DNA of 63,798 nt, the filler included, from Octopus bimaculoides (lineage: Eukaryota), in the NCBI RefSeq assembly GCF_001194135.2. It is 5 parts of 5 records of this genome, joined end to end, with 100 filler letters (N's around TTAATTAATTAA, not from the genome) between each part and the next. Parts side by side here need not be neighbours in the genome. Positions count along the whole stretch, not along the records: positions 23,287 to 53,212 come from NC_068981.1; 4 more parts are not named here. One strand, written 5' to 3'. The position numbers and the translations under genes are program-made. The notes under the pieces are model-generated. The model was not told the origin of the DNA. It searched no databases and worked only from the letters and a program-made list of their open reading frames with translations. Each line of letters begins with the position of its first letter. Position 1 is the stretch's first letter. This document shows positions 37,321-50,899 of the stretch, piece by piece.

Positions 37321-37771
37321 TGGAATGTAGCCTCAGTTATTCTATTTTCTATTGTTTTAACTATATATACAGACATATATACATACATATACATACGTAA
37401 CACCGCACACACACACACTTTTCGTTTTGGATTTAGTTTGGAAGACTTTAAATGTGAACTCGTGTGTTGAAACAAATTTTGTTGAATCTCGAGAGGATTA
37501 TTACTTCAGTAAAAAGCAAACACCCTGGTTAAGTTTCGTTCTTTATTATTTGTTAATTGGTTAGTTATTTAATCAACCAGCTAATCGATCGCCTTTTTAA
37601 TCAGTGAGTTGATGAGGTCATGAATAGCAACAAAAGGATTTTGACAAACAACTGATTGATTGTTTAACCGACTGATTAAGCAAGCGGTCGATTAATTGGT
37701 TGATTAAATAACTAACCAATTGACTACTAATATTATCATTATTGGCGTAATGACCTTCCCAAAATACTATA

Positions 37772-37867
<96 letters not shown>

Positions 37868-38261
37868 GTATATATATACATACACACACACACACACACA
37901 CACATATGGTTCAATGGTGTATTAAAACCAAATAAAACAAAAAAAAAAACAAACAAAAACAGTTGAGGGAACAGCAAAGAAGGTGTATTAGTTCGACGCC
38001 CGGGAAAACATGTACGCGTGTGTGGGTATGTATTTATGTATGAACATACAATATTGAACATACAAACATGCTTACATACATATGTGTAATAATATGTCAA
38101 ATGTACATATCAGTTATAAAGAATGTTGTTCGTAATACACAAAATAGTATTCAAAATAGTATTCAAATACCATCCGTTTTTCGCAATATATAATTAGGTT
38201 TGATTTATATACCCGTACATTTATGCGTATTTTCATTTAGTTTATCTTTGTACTTTGTGTG

Positions 38262-38522
38262 AAGGTGCGTGATTTAATGGTCAGGGGTATTCGACTCACG
38301 ATCGTTAGGTCATGAGTTCAATTAGCGTCGGCGCGGTAAGGCACTTTATTTCATGTTGCTCCTAGTCATATATCCTGTGTCACGCTGAATCTCTCCGAGA
38401 ACTACGTTAAGAGTACGCGTGTTTGTGGCGTGCTCAGCCACTTACACGTCAGTTTCACGAGCAAGCTGTTCCATTGATCGGATCAATTGGAACACTCATC
38501 GTCGTAACCGACGGAGTGCCAG
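38262..38522 (+). mobile_element. tRNA-headed SINE sharing its 3' tail with family D
   Basis: gaaggtgcgtgatttaatggtcagggg head; ccgagaactacgttaag...gtcgtaaccgacggagtgccag tail. Confidence 0.75.
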
Positions 38523-39699
38523 TTATTATTATACTTTATAAATCTGATAAAAATATTCACTGCTTATATATTTTACTTTTTTTTTTATTTGTTTCTACAA
38601 CCTCATAACACGCACACAATCGATGTTTGCTTTCTTCCTATAACAAATTATGCAAATTGGTTTCATATATACCTCATAGTGTAATGTTACTCTTATAACA
38701 TTTTAATGTGCAGAAATGTACGTAACAAACCCAGTTAACAAAATGTTTTCATTCTCATATGTTCACGATTTTATCAAATTCATTAAATTCAAGTTTGCCC
38801 TGGTAGATATATTACTCAAATTACCAAGTACTGGAATGTACCAGCCGTACGCGTCCAATAATCGGTAGGAAGTACGTAAGGAGGTTAATATACGATGTTT
38901 AAATTAATATATAAAATTTCAATATAAAGCAATTTTAGTTTTCCATTCAAGTGGATATTAATAATTAGTTGTTATATGATCTAAATTATTTTGAATACAG
39001 AGTTTCTTCATCAAATTCGTTATCAACCTCAATCTCGTCAACGTCACCTTCATATTCGTCGACCAGTATACGTATTTACTAACATAAACACATATATTAC
39101 CATCACCGGACTCACTTTGATTACCGGTGATTCTTTTGTTTTGGATTCCTTTTAGAAATGTGTTAAGAGAGTTAAGAAATGGAAATAATGAATAAAAAGT
39201 TAAACTAATGCCATTTATTTTTGTATATGTATATAGTATGAGCTTTGCGTATATCTAATTTATTAAATTTACATATATTTATCATAATGTAAGATATATT
39301 TATTATAATGTAAGACGCGACAAATTTTATTATACAAAAATTGTAATACTTTACAAAACAATTAGACTGAATCTATTGTGTAGGCGTACTCATTTTTAAG
39401 AGCAACTGAAAAACAACCCGTCTTTTTTAATTTTTACTATGTTTCGTGATGGTATATTATTCGTTAAGCATATAGTCTTTTTGATAAGTATTAGGAATGT
39501 GATTCGGATTGTTGACTGAAACAGGTCTTAAATATATGTAGCCATTCATATAACTTCTATATGAGATTAACATTACTCCCACTCGATGACTGTCACCTCA
39601 GTTCAATTCTAAGGATTTATATATCGAATATTTTAATGTGTGATACTCAATATTTCTACGATGATTTTATATCAGTGCCAACATCTTTAATACGGTTGA

Positions 39700-39960
39700 T
39701 CAAAATAGTTCGGCTAAAATTACATCCGTAGTGAGAAGAACGAATTTCCAAGACAGATACACAATGGGAACCACCAGAGGGACGAAAGAAGTGAGGGGGA
39801 TACAAGAAGAGATGGCACGCCGCCTTCAAAGAAGAGGTGAAGCGATTTAGCGTCACCTGGGATGATACAGGTAATGATGCTAAAAAACCCGGGTTTACTG
39901 GAAACGTCTTGTTGCTCAATGTACAGGCCAACTGTACGGGAGGAACTATGACCAAAAGTA
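39700..39960 (+). mobile_element. RTE-clade LINE 3' coding relic
   Basis: QWEPPEGRKK*GGYKKRWHAAFKEEVKRFSVTWDDTGNDAK, matching the RTE C-terminal G.R..GRP..RW pattern. Confidence 0.7.
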
Positions 39961-41095
39961 AGAGTAATGAGAAGAAAAAGAAAACCAATTAACTTAACTA
40001 TTAATTTTTGCTAAAGAAAGTATGGGAGATAATCTCAAAATTTAACATTTTTACGATTAGTTCAGCTTCTGTTAACGCCACACTTCTCTTTTCTATTTCT
40101 CAACAACTGAGTGTTATTTCTTCTGCCAACTTTGCACCACTCTTATGAAGAAATATATTTACTGACAATCCATTACCGCACAGTTTTGATGAAAAATTCT
40201 GCGCGTTGCCGTACAAAAATTTTCACACATATGCACTACATTAGATAAAATATATAACAAACTCTCAGATGAATAGATATATGTGGTTGTATAGTTATTA
40301 TATTAACATTATGAATAAACATATGGTCTTTAATAGTGGTAATTACTTGCATCTCAATTGGAAGAAGTAAGTTAACAAACTCCTGCTGTTACATGTTTAC
40401 TTAAACCGACATATACACACATCAACACGTTCATATGCATGCACACAGGCAAGCAGGTAAATAACTTCCGTTTCACATAAGATTAAAACAATTAAGTTGA
40501 AGATAACTTATCAAGTAGCGTATGTGGGAGCACAGAGTAGTAATATTATTAATGACTAACTGCCGCGAATGGAGATCGAAAACGCATGTTTAAAGAAACA
40601 CCATTGCTATATTCGTCTCAGAACATATAACATATAACCTCTGTGTTATCAGGTGTATTTGTTGCCTGACTACAGCCACTGTACTTACTAATACATGTAA
40701 CCGACAGATGTGCTTGATTACGGCGTCATTAAGTACTGAAGTGAGTCGATCGCAGGAGCTCAATTATTGACAGGAAATGAGTGAAGGGGATTCGTTATCG
40801 TTTTAAATCAATTTATGAGTTTCGATATAATTTGACCAGTGAAAAAATAGGAAATGCTGAGAAACTTTAAGGAAAATTTGTTCTAGAACAATATTTAATA
40901 AGCATAGAGAATGCACCTGCAGGAAAGAAAAGAAAGACGTATGAATGATGGAAAGAATAAAAGAATAATAGGAAGTAAAAGAGCAGGCGAACAGAGAAAT
41001 ACAGTGATACAGACATACTTTTCATATTTATTTAGATAACATTATCAAATAATCAAGTAATTACACCATATCTAACTATACATATGTGCGTGTGT

Positions 41096-41132
<37 letters not shown>

Positions 41133-41184
41133 TATACACACACCCGTCTTCGTCTTTTGATTTGCTTTTTTTTGTAAATTCCAA

Positions 41185-41219
<35 letters not shown>

Positions 41220-41237
41220 GTTAAAGTCTGTCATACC

Positions 41238-41277
41238 GGCCATGACGAAGGGAAATAGCCCTGAAACTCGAGTCGCC
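41238..41277 (+). ncRNA. Degenerate hammerhead motif in a probable Penelope pLTR
   Basis: GGC-C(A)UGACGA-AGGG-AAAUAG-CCCU-GAAA-CUCGAG-UC-GCC; stems I, II and palindromic III present; one extra A in the core. Confidence 0.65.
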
Positions 41278-42072
41278 TTTATATATATATATTTATATTT
41301 ATATATTTATATATTTGATCCTTTATATTGAACACTCAATATTTCATCTACATTCAATACTTTCTTTCATGGTGCCATCCATTTTTATGTTATTTTATTT
41401 TATATTGTATATTGTATATCATATTATATATTGTATATTCCATATTCTATACCCCACATTAGTTCTGCAGGAATATAAATAAAACATAAAAAACAGACAG
41501 TGTTGGAACTCTTTTAAGCAAAATAATATATTCCTNNNNNNNNNNNNNNNNNNNNNNNNNNNNNNNNNNNNNNNNNNNNNNNNNNNNNNNNNNNNNNNNN
41601 NNNNNNNNNNNNNNNNNNNNNNNNNNNNNNNNNNNNNNNNNNNNNNNNNNNNNNNNNNNNNNNNNNNNNNNNNNNNNNNNNNNNNNNNNNNNNNNNNNNN
41701 NNNNNNNNNNNNNNNNNNNNNNNNNNNNNNNNNNNNNNNNNNNNNNNNNNNNNNNNNNNNNNNNNNNNNNNNNNNNNNNNNNNNNNNNNNNNNNNNNNNN
41801 NNNNNNNNNNNNNNNNNNNNNNNNNNNNNNNNNNNNNNNNNNNNNNNNNNNNNNNNNNNNNNNNNNNNNNNNNNNNNNNNNNNNNNNNNNNNNNNNNNNN
41901 NNNNNNNNNNNNNNNNNNNNNNNNNNNNNNNNNNNNNNNNNNNNNNNNNNNNNNNNNNNNNNNNNNNNNNNNNNNNNNNNNNNNNNNNNNNNNNNNNNNN
42001 NNNNNNNNNNATCTTACATATATCTTGTATATATATATCTATATATCTTATATATATGCATATATCTATCTA

Positions 42073-42103
<31 letters not shown>

Positions 42104-42859
42104 ATATATATATACATATATATATACATATATATATATATATACATATATATATATCTATATATATCTTATATACATACATACAAACACACACACACAC
42201 AGACATATATATATAGTGAATTTGTGATACATATACAATGACTAAGTTGGTTGTAGTTCTCGCAAGGTTAATGATGTACTTTAGACATTGAATTTGTTGG
42301 CATGTAACCAGACGTAACAGTTGTATACGAAATGACAAATTGCACTCATTAATGGTGTATTTTCATCATTCAACTTCCGGTCAACGTTGTTTTTAAATAC
42401 CAATCCTTTTCATACAAACACATAGGTACATACACACGTGCAGGCATACACACATACAAATGATATCATATCATTTAGGCAACACCTATTTAACAGAAAC
42501 GAGAGAAATCTGTACATCACATGTTTATTCAACAGCAAAAATTAATAACATCATGAGATTAAGCTAATAACTATTGATAGGTACTCCATTTGAATGAAGA
42601 ATAACTGGACGGACTTATTTTAGATAGGATCTTGAATGAGTAATTCTCATTATAACGGCAGAAAGTTATGATTGCGTGTATATCTGGCAATCTCGAAAAT
42701 ACCATTAACGTTGTCGGAAATAGTAGCCTCTCCTGGAAGCCCCTCCTGGATATGTCATATATACGCCATATTTCACTGAGGTTACGTCTTTGCTGTCAAG
42801 AAACAGGACATAGTTGATTAACAAGAGAGATAAGTATGCCCTTAAACCTACACGTTTTG

Positions 42860-43370
42860 ATAATAAATATCAGTGTGTCATACTAGTATGGAAGATATCA
42901 CCCATATCATTCCCACGAGACACGATATTTTCACTAAAACCATCAACAAAGCTTTGGTACAGATGGCCATACAAGATGCACATCAGAACCGGAATGTATC
43001 CACACCATTAGAAATAAGGAATACTGTTGGATCATTCCAATAAAAATGTCAATCATATGTAAACAGAATAGGCCAGATATTATTTCATAGGACCATGAAC
43101 AAAAATCATGAATTGTTGAAGAGACCAGCTTCCAGGCGATGTAGATATTTTCAAAGTTTAAGGAAAAGAACGTCTATGAAGAGTTAGAACCGACAGTTCT
43201 TATATTTATATTTGTACCTCTTATCATTGGTTCATTGGGCTACGTAACAAATGCTCCGCATAAATTCTTCGAAATGCTGGTGTTCTCTAAGGAAGAAGAA
43301 ATCGATTTGCATTCTTCAAATATAATCGATTAGCTGTTCCTTGAAAACTTGCAAAACATCAGGGATTGAG
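42860..43370 (+). mobile_element. RLE-type (R4/NeSL-like) non-LTR relic: zinc-knuckle to endonuclease
   Basis: CHTSMEDITHII..RHD, KQNRPDII, FVPLIIGSLGYV, with stops and frameshifts. Confidence 0.75.
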
Positions 43371-43398
43371 TACGTACGAAATACGTACACACACGCAA

Positions 43399-43496
<98 letters not shown>

Positions 43497-43574
43497 CAGT
43501 GTACTAAAGTAACAAGTATATTCACTTAATAATGTAAATTTACCATCGCACGCACACAAGCACACACACACACA

Positions 43575-43613
<39 letters not shown>

Positions 43614-44449
43614 ACACACACACACAGAGCAGTGTACTAAAGTAACAGGTGCATTCACAACATAATGTAAGTTTACCATCGCACGCACACACGCACACAC
43701 ATACACAGACAACACACACACACACACATACACACACACACACACACATACACGCACACTAAGCAATATTCACATTTCTAAGAGATATTTTGACAAAACA
43801 GCCTTGCCTCTTTGTTATTGAACAACTTGAATTCCGCAAAGGAAAGAAAAAAAGTAAACCTTAACATAAAACCCGAAGAAATAGTCTTGCATACATACAT
43901 CTAAAGAAAAAAGAAGATAAAATGGTTTCAAATTTTGGCACAAGGCCAGGAAGTCCACCTAATGCGCACATTACAAATATAGTCTGTAAGCGGAACAGTA
44001 AAAATATGCAAGGCTTTCCTCAAATTCAACATATGATATTGTTTTTATTATCTACATTCCAAAGATGCAACTTTGTATCTTGTCAGACACAAGCTCCTTC
44101 CTTACAAGAAAAAGTTCAAATAATTAAAAACAGAGGAGAATATATATATATATACATAAACAAACACTCAAGTATACGCACAATTGATATCTGCATACAG
44201 ATTCATATCTGCATACATCTGCACACACATATATTTCTGCGAGTGTCTGCGCACGCATGTGTCTATGCGTGTCATTGGTGGGCCAATACTAGAGCAATAT
44301 GATCAGAAAGACACTGCCTCTTCTCCACCTATTCTCCCTTTCCCCTTACACTCTCTCACGTGCATTTATACAACAACAATTATACATTACCGTCTTAGAA
44401 AAAGAAAGCGTCCATTGGACAGTATATTTACACCCCCACACACTCTTTT

Positions 44450-44990
44450 ACTCTTTTACTTGTTTCTGTCATTTGACTGCGGCCATGCTGGAGCACTGCC
44501 TTTAGTCGAATCAAATCAACCCCAGGACTTATTCTTTGTAAGCCTAGTACTTATTCTATCGGTCTCTTTTTGCCGAACCGCTAAGTTACGGGGACGTAAA
44601 CACCAGCATCGGTTGTCAAGCGATGGTGGGGGGACAAACACAGACACACAAACATATATATATATATATATATACATATATACGACNNNNNNNNNNATTC
44701 TATCGGTCTCTTTTTGCCGAACCGCTAAGTTACGGGGACGTAAACACCAGCATCGGTTGTCAAGCGATGGTGGGGGGACAAACACAGACACACAAACATA
44801 TATATATATATATATATACATATATACGACGAGCTTCTTTCAGTTTCCGTCTACCAAATCCACTCACAAGGCTTTGGTCGGCCCGAGCCTATAGTAGAAG
44901 ACACTTGCCCAAGGTGCCACGCAGTGGGACTGAACCCGGAACCATGTGGTTGGTAAGCAAGCTACTTACCACACAGCCACTCCTGCGCCT
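44450..44990 (-). mobile_element. SINE family B, full length, young (134 bp duplicated across a 10-N gap)
   Basis: Close match to 52155-52680 along its length. Confidence 0.9.
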
Positions 44991-45059
44991 ATAAAGAGGA
45001 TGTAACACCTTTACAGATTGGTCTGGTACTACTTTTTGGCCGACGTGGTACCTGAGCAA

Positions 45060-45262
45060 CAATAATAAGCCCTGAAAGTTTGAGGTGAGGGGTGAGTCGA
45101 TTACATCGACCTAAGTGTTCAGCAGGTACTTATTTCATCGATCTCGAAAGAATGAAAAGCAAAGTCGACCTCAGCGGAATTTGAATTCTAAACGTAAAGA
45201 TGGACGAAATGCCGCTAACAATTTTGTCCGGCGTGACAACGATTCTGCTAACTCGGTGCCTT
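45060..45262 (-). mobile_element. SINE family A
   Basis: Reverse-complement head, B box and tail. Confidence 0.8.
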
Positions 45263-45300
45263 AACAACAACAATAAGAGTAGTGACATTGGTAATGACTC

Positions 45301-45332
<32 letters not shown>

Positions 45333-45369
45333 TGTATGTATGTATGTATGTATGTATGTATGTATGTAT

Positions 45370-45535
45370 GTATACATGCATAAGAAGCTTGCTTACCAAC
45401 CACATGGTTCCGAGTTCAGTCTCACTGCGTGACGCCTTAGGCAGGTGTCTTCTGCTATAGCCTCGGTCCGACCAAAGCATTGTGAGTAGATTTGGCAGAC
45501 GGAAATTGAAAGAAGCCCGTAGTATATATATATAT
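45370..45535 (+). mobile_element. SINE family B, 5' half, running into a gap
   Basis: aagaagcttgcttaccaaccacatggttccgagttcagtctcactgcg. Confidence 0.8.
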
Positions 45536-46131
45536 ATNNNNNNNNNNNNNNNNNNNNNNNNNNNNNNNNNNNNNNNNNNNNNNNNNNNNNNNNNNNNNNN
45601 NNNNNNNNNNNNNNNNNNNNNNNNNNNNNNNNNNNNNNNNNNNNNNNNNNNNNNNNNNNNNNNNNNNNNNNNNNNNNNNNNNNNNNNNNNNNNNNNNNNN
45701 NNNNNNNNNNNNNNNNNNNNNNNNNNNNNNNNNNNNNNNNNNNNNNNNNNNNNNNNNNNNNNNNNNNNNNNNNNNNNNNNNNNNNNNNNNNNNNNNNNNN
45801 NNNNNNNNNNNNNNNNNNNNNNNNNNNNNNNNNNNNNNNNNNNNNNNNNNNNNNNNNNNNNNNNNNNNNNNNNNNNNNNNNNNNNNNNNNNNNNNNNNNN
45901 NNNNNNNNNNNNNNNNNNNNNNNNNNNNNNNNNNNNNNNNNNNNNNNNNNNNNNNNNNNNNNNNNNNNNNNNNNNNNNNNNNNNNNNNNNNNNNNNNNNN
46001 NNNNNNNNNNNNNNNNNNNNNNNNNNNNNNNNNNNNNNNNNNNNNNNNNNNNNNNNNNNNNNNNNNNNNNNNNNNNNNNNNNNNNNNNNNNNNNNNNNNN
46101 NNNNNNNNNNNNNNNNNNNNNNNNNNNNNNN

Positions 46132-46172
<41 letters not shown>

Positions 46173-47579
46173 TATATCAATCAATCTATCTGTTTGTCTG
46201 TCTGTCTGTCTGTCTCTCCATTTTTATATATGGTGAATCCGAGAATTTTATGACGGTGATAGGAAACTGAATTAGAATAAATAGATAACCGATACTACAT
46301 GTATTGAATGCTTTTTCTTCTAGTCTGTAAAACCAGACACACATCCACACCTACACGCCTTCACATATATTACACATGTACTCACTCACACACGTGATTA
46401 CAAATTGGATGGAATTCGTTGATGTGGCAACTAACGTCCTGACGATCGGCTTTTACTAGACGTTTGTAGCTTAAAGTTTATGATATGATAGTACGCAAAT
46501 AGTTTGGAGAGCCGACTAGGTGATGGATTATCTCTGCCATCATGATTATTTCCTTCAGTTGCATGCTTTGTATAATACTTGATGATTTGCGAGGAGGAAA
46601 AATCTAGTTTTAATCATCCGTTGGAGGAATTATGTATTAGGATAACGACGGAGTAGTTAGGAAATATATCGATTAGCTATCGGGATGGTTTTTCAATTAA
46701 GCTTCCCAAAGAAACAGTTATTAGGATTTTATTTAATGTTTATTTATTAAGACGTTTCTGAATATTATTAAGCATTGCTGTTTATATAAGGATTGTGTTG
46801 TACTAACTATAGTCTGTTGCGTGATCAATACGTGGTTTGTATCGTGTATAAACTGTATTAAGCAAAATGCAAATCTATGACTAATTCCTAAGATGTATTA
46901 TACAAATTTCTTACAAATACATTTTGTCTCGTCATGCATCATCTCTTGTCATCTCATTTGTCTGCTTTTGGCAGGAAGCTACTGCAACTGTTGTTATTGC
47001 TGTTTAGCCCATGGTCAATCTAATCGAGCAAACAGATAGTGAAAGGTATTCCAGTTTTTACCGTCTCGTCTTTTACCAGAGAGAGTGAATGTAACCAGGA
47101 TTACATTATTCAATGGACTCTTCCATTTTTTTTTTATAAAAAGGAAAAAAAAGAAGGCAGTAGAATTTGATTTTAGGGATATTTGACGGTTACTTATCGC
47201 AGGTCTAGCGACCTTATAGTGCAGACTCCTTATTGCCATAAATTAATAATCATATATGTTGATGGAAGTGGGTAGTCTGTGTGGTTGCTTGACCTACTAG
47301 AAACAACAGCTAAATCTTCTTAAAATCATTGTTTAGAAAACCACACATAAAAAGGAGTTCGTATTTGACTATTTGGCCCTGTGTACAATGTATCTGAATA
47401 ATGTTTGGAAACAGTTACGGCTGAAATAACTTTTGGTAAGTGGTGATAGGGCTAAAGAAGAAGAAGAAGAAGAAGAAGAAGAAGAAGAAGAAGAAGAAGA
47501 AGAAGAAGAAGAAGAAGAAGAACAACAACAACAACAACAACAGCAATCTTCACAAACATGTTAATATTTTGGTGTAAGA

Positions 47580-47800
47580 AGACGGCGGCGAGCTGGCAGT
47601 GTCGTTAGCACGCCGGGCAAAATACTTCTCGGTATTTCAGCCGCCCTTACGTTCTGTGTTTCAAGTTCATCCGAGGTCGGCTTTGTCTTTCATTCTTTTT
47701 GGGGTAGATGAAATAAGCACCAATTGGAGATTGGAGTCAACGTAACCGATTTACCCCCTCCCCTGGAATTACTGGTTTTGTGCCAAAATTTGAAATCAGT
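47580..47800 (+). mobile_element. SINE family A
   Basis: ggcggcgagctggcag head to gtgccaaaatttgaaatc tail. Confidence 0.8.
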
Positions 47801-49129
47801 AAGTAAGAAATTACAAGCACTAATATGGCACTTTATACCAGTGCAACTTTCATATCGTATTTTGCAAGTGAGAGCACAAACATTCTGTCGTGTGATAGGC
47901 ACCGCAGGCGTCGGACTGGCAGAGTAGAAAGAGAGAGAGAGAGAGAAGGGGAGGGAGAGAAAGAGTGACTTAACACATCTAACATGAATTGACAAAGCTG
48001 TATACACTGAACACGCTTAAGTCACACCGAGATGAGGTTACTACTACATTGTATGTGTCCGAAACGTTATTACGACACCCTTTTTTTTTTGCTATGAAAT
48101 GCGTAAGAGAAAAAGGCTTTCAACACTTCCCACACTTTTATCATCAAGGTAAAAGGATAAAAAATATAAGTAAAACAACACAAAACAATAACAAAAACAA
48201 AAACAACAACAAAGAAATAAAACTAATAGGAAACAAACGCGTGCTGTTCAAGGTACTCGGACACGCACAAAGACCAGTCCAGCCGCTATGTTGACTATGT
48301 AACAGTGATAGGGATTAACTCGAAAAAGTGGCGTGTGTATGTGTATGTGGAGAGTAGGGTCGAGATGTGATGTGGGTGGTTACGGTGTGGTGTGTGTGGG
48401 TGATGGTGGTGGTAGTGGCGGTTGCGGGGTGGTTGCGATGTGGTGCTGAGGAGGTGTAGGCGTTTCCGCTGTCTATTTCTCTTGTCCTTTGGCTGTCCGC
48501 CTGTCGACCTGTTTGTCGTTGTCGTTGGCTGCTGATCCTGTTCATTGCTTGCCGATGCGTTAATGAGCCAGTCATCTGGTGTGCTCAGCCGATATTTATA
48601 GGACAACCATTGTCAAAATAACAAAAACAAAAGAAAAAAACCCCACAAAAAAAAACAATACAAAGCGAAATAAAAAAAGATGTAAAAAAAAAAATGACGC
48701 ATAGCATTGCAAAGGTGCGTGTTGAGGTCGACAAGGGCAAGCTAGGAACTAAAATAGAAGTTTTGCAGCCGTCAGATTGTCTCGCCACAAAAAGGAAAAA
48801 AAAAAGTTAACTCACTATAAACGTGAATATGATGAAAATCGACTAAATACAATCCAGAGATTGTGGTAGGTGTATGTAATTTAAAGGAGAGTGGTGGATA
48901 AAGAATGAGAAACAGAACTGATATTCAAGACAGAACAGAAGACTGGCTAGTTGGCTGCTGACAACCCAATTCACTTGCATGAATAATTTCAGTTAATCGA
49001 GCTTTTTTTAAAATTCATTATATTACATGTGTGAGACCATACCGTATTTCTATATAGCACGTAGAACGTTTCTCAGAGAATGTATTTTTTCTTTCAACCA
49101 CATAAGTGATACTTTAATCAGCGTCATTA

Positions 49130-49215
<86 letters not shown>

Positions 49216-49254
49216 CACGCGCACACACACGCACATATACGCGCGCAGACACAT

Positions 49255-50040
49255 TTGGTGGACGTCGACTCGTGACCGAGTAAAACCACTTCCTAAGCCG
49301 ATTTCACTCTGTGAAACGTCTCCCGTTTGGTCTCCCTCATCGATAATGATGTCACATATGGCTCCCAAGGCCTGCAAGCGACCTACAATTCATTTCTCAC
49401 TGACTACAAGTGAGCCCTCCAACTGCAATCCCACACTCTGGCTGATGGAACCTTCAGTTGCCGAGTGAGTCCACTGGCCAACTCATACACTTTGCTACAC
49501 AAGGTACACGAGAGGTAGACAGAGGCGTCTATGTGACCACCCTTGTGGCTGCCTTTGTGAAGCAGGCACGACCACACTGGTCACACGAAAAATAGTCTTT
49601 TGTGTCCTTCACAGGAAGAAGGTTCACATCCTCCAGCACGTTTCAACTCAGTGTATGCAACCTTGTTGTTCTCGAAGTTAATCAGATTCCTCCACGGCTC
49701 CCTATCCGATGCAAGATCTTCCCAGGTGTTAGTATCGATATGAATTTTTTCAAGTGTGCCTTTAAGATTGCCGTTGAAACACTTGCGTGGGTTGCATCTG
49801 GGGGTGTTTTCTTTGTTCCAGCTCACTATACAGCACTTGTGTTGAATGTGGGGGTACTCTAAAAGGACAAGATGACCAGACCATGTAACTTGGTGTTTCA
49901 TAAAGATGAACACGATATACATGTTATTTTCGCCAGCTACAGTACTCTCGTATCAGGCACATTAGATCGCCATAAAATTTCCAGGATATTAGGCAAATAT
50001 CGCGGGCGGAAATGCTCGAGGCGTTGGATATGCCTACGGT
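49255..50040 (-). mobile_element. RTE-clade LINE 3' fragment
   Basis: TYRRHIQRLEHF...; RKCFNGNLKGTLEKIHIDTNTWEDLASDREPWRNLI; C-terminal CRSLAGLGSHM zinc-finger-like end. Confidence 0.85.
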
Positions 50041-50044
50041 AAGT

Positions 50045-50200
50045 TGTTCAAGTCTCTGATATTGCAAAAATCGCCAATACTTGGAACTGCATGCATATTG
50101 CATAAACTACTGTCTGTCTGAGGTCCTTGTTGTGACTTGACAGACAGACAAAATATCTTCAAACAATAACATCACGATATTGGATACTGTGCGACGTCTT
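50045..50200 (+). mobile_element. R4/Dong-type extreme 3' end, third family
   Basis: LQKSPILGTACILHKLLSV* (50056-50121), short UTR, then (TAA)n. Confidence 0.8.
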
Positions 50201-50201
50201 A

Positions 50202-50281
<80 letters not shown>

Positions 50282-50599
50282 NNNNNNNNNNNNNNNNNNN
50301 NNNNNNNNNNNNNNNNNNNNNNNNNNNNNNNNNNNNNNNNNNNNNNNNNNNNNNNNNNNNNNNNNNNNNNNNNNNNNNNNNNNNNNNNNNNNNNNNNNNN
50401 NNNNNNNNNNNNNNNNNNNNNNNNNNNNNNNNNNNNNNNNNNNNNNNNNNNNNNNNNNNNNNNNNNNNNNNNNNNNNNNNNNNNNNNNNNNNNNNNNNNN
50501 NNNNNNNNNNNNNNNNNNNNNNNNNNNNNNNNNNNNNNNNNNNNNNNNNNNNNNNNNNNNNNNNNNNNNNNNNNNNNNNNNNNNNNNNNNNNNNNNNNN

Positions 50600-50848
50600 C
50601 TATCATAGTAGGTGCCTTAGGTATAATAAAAAAATATTCAGACAAATACATAACAAAAACACCAGGACTTACAAATATATATAACATACAGAAAATTGCA
50701 CTACTGGGCACTGCACACATCCTACGCAAAACACTTTCAATACAGTAAATATAAGAGCATCACAGCAAACCACAGCACATACCCAAGGCGCACAGAGCTG
50801 CGCTCGGTAGTGAAGTGAAAGCACGTTATAAAAATAAAACTACTGAAC

Positions 50849-50850
<2 letters not shown>
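50600..50850 (+). mobile_element. R4/Dong-type 3' end, fourth family
   Basis: IIVGALGIIKKYSDKYITKTPGLTNIYNIQKIALLGTAHILRKTLSIQ*; ends in (TAA)n. Confidence 0.9.

Positions 50851-50899
<49 letters not shown>

Noticed and set aside
39656-39988. 110-aa minus-strand ORF with a signal-peptide-like start
   Set aside because: It is the antisense of the RTE relic on the plus strand.
44555-44830. Duplications around 10-N gaps (also near 4448, 4972 and 20766)
   Set aside because: Negative-gap assembly artefacts.
48025-48072. GAGAUGA-GG...UCC-GAAACGUU hammerhead-like string
   Set aside because: Core lacks CU and there is no stem I.
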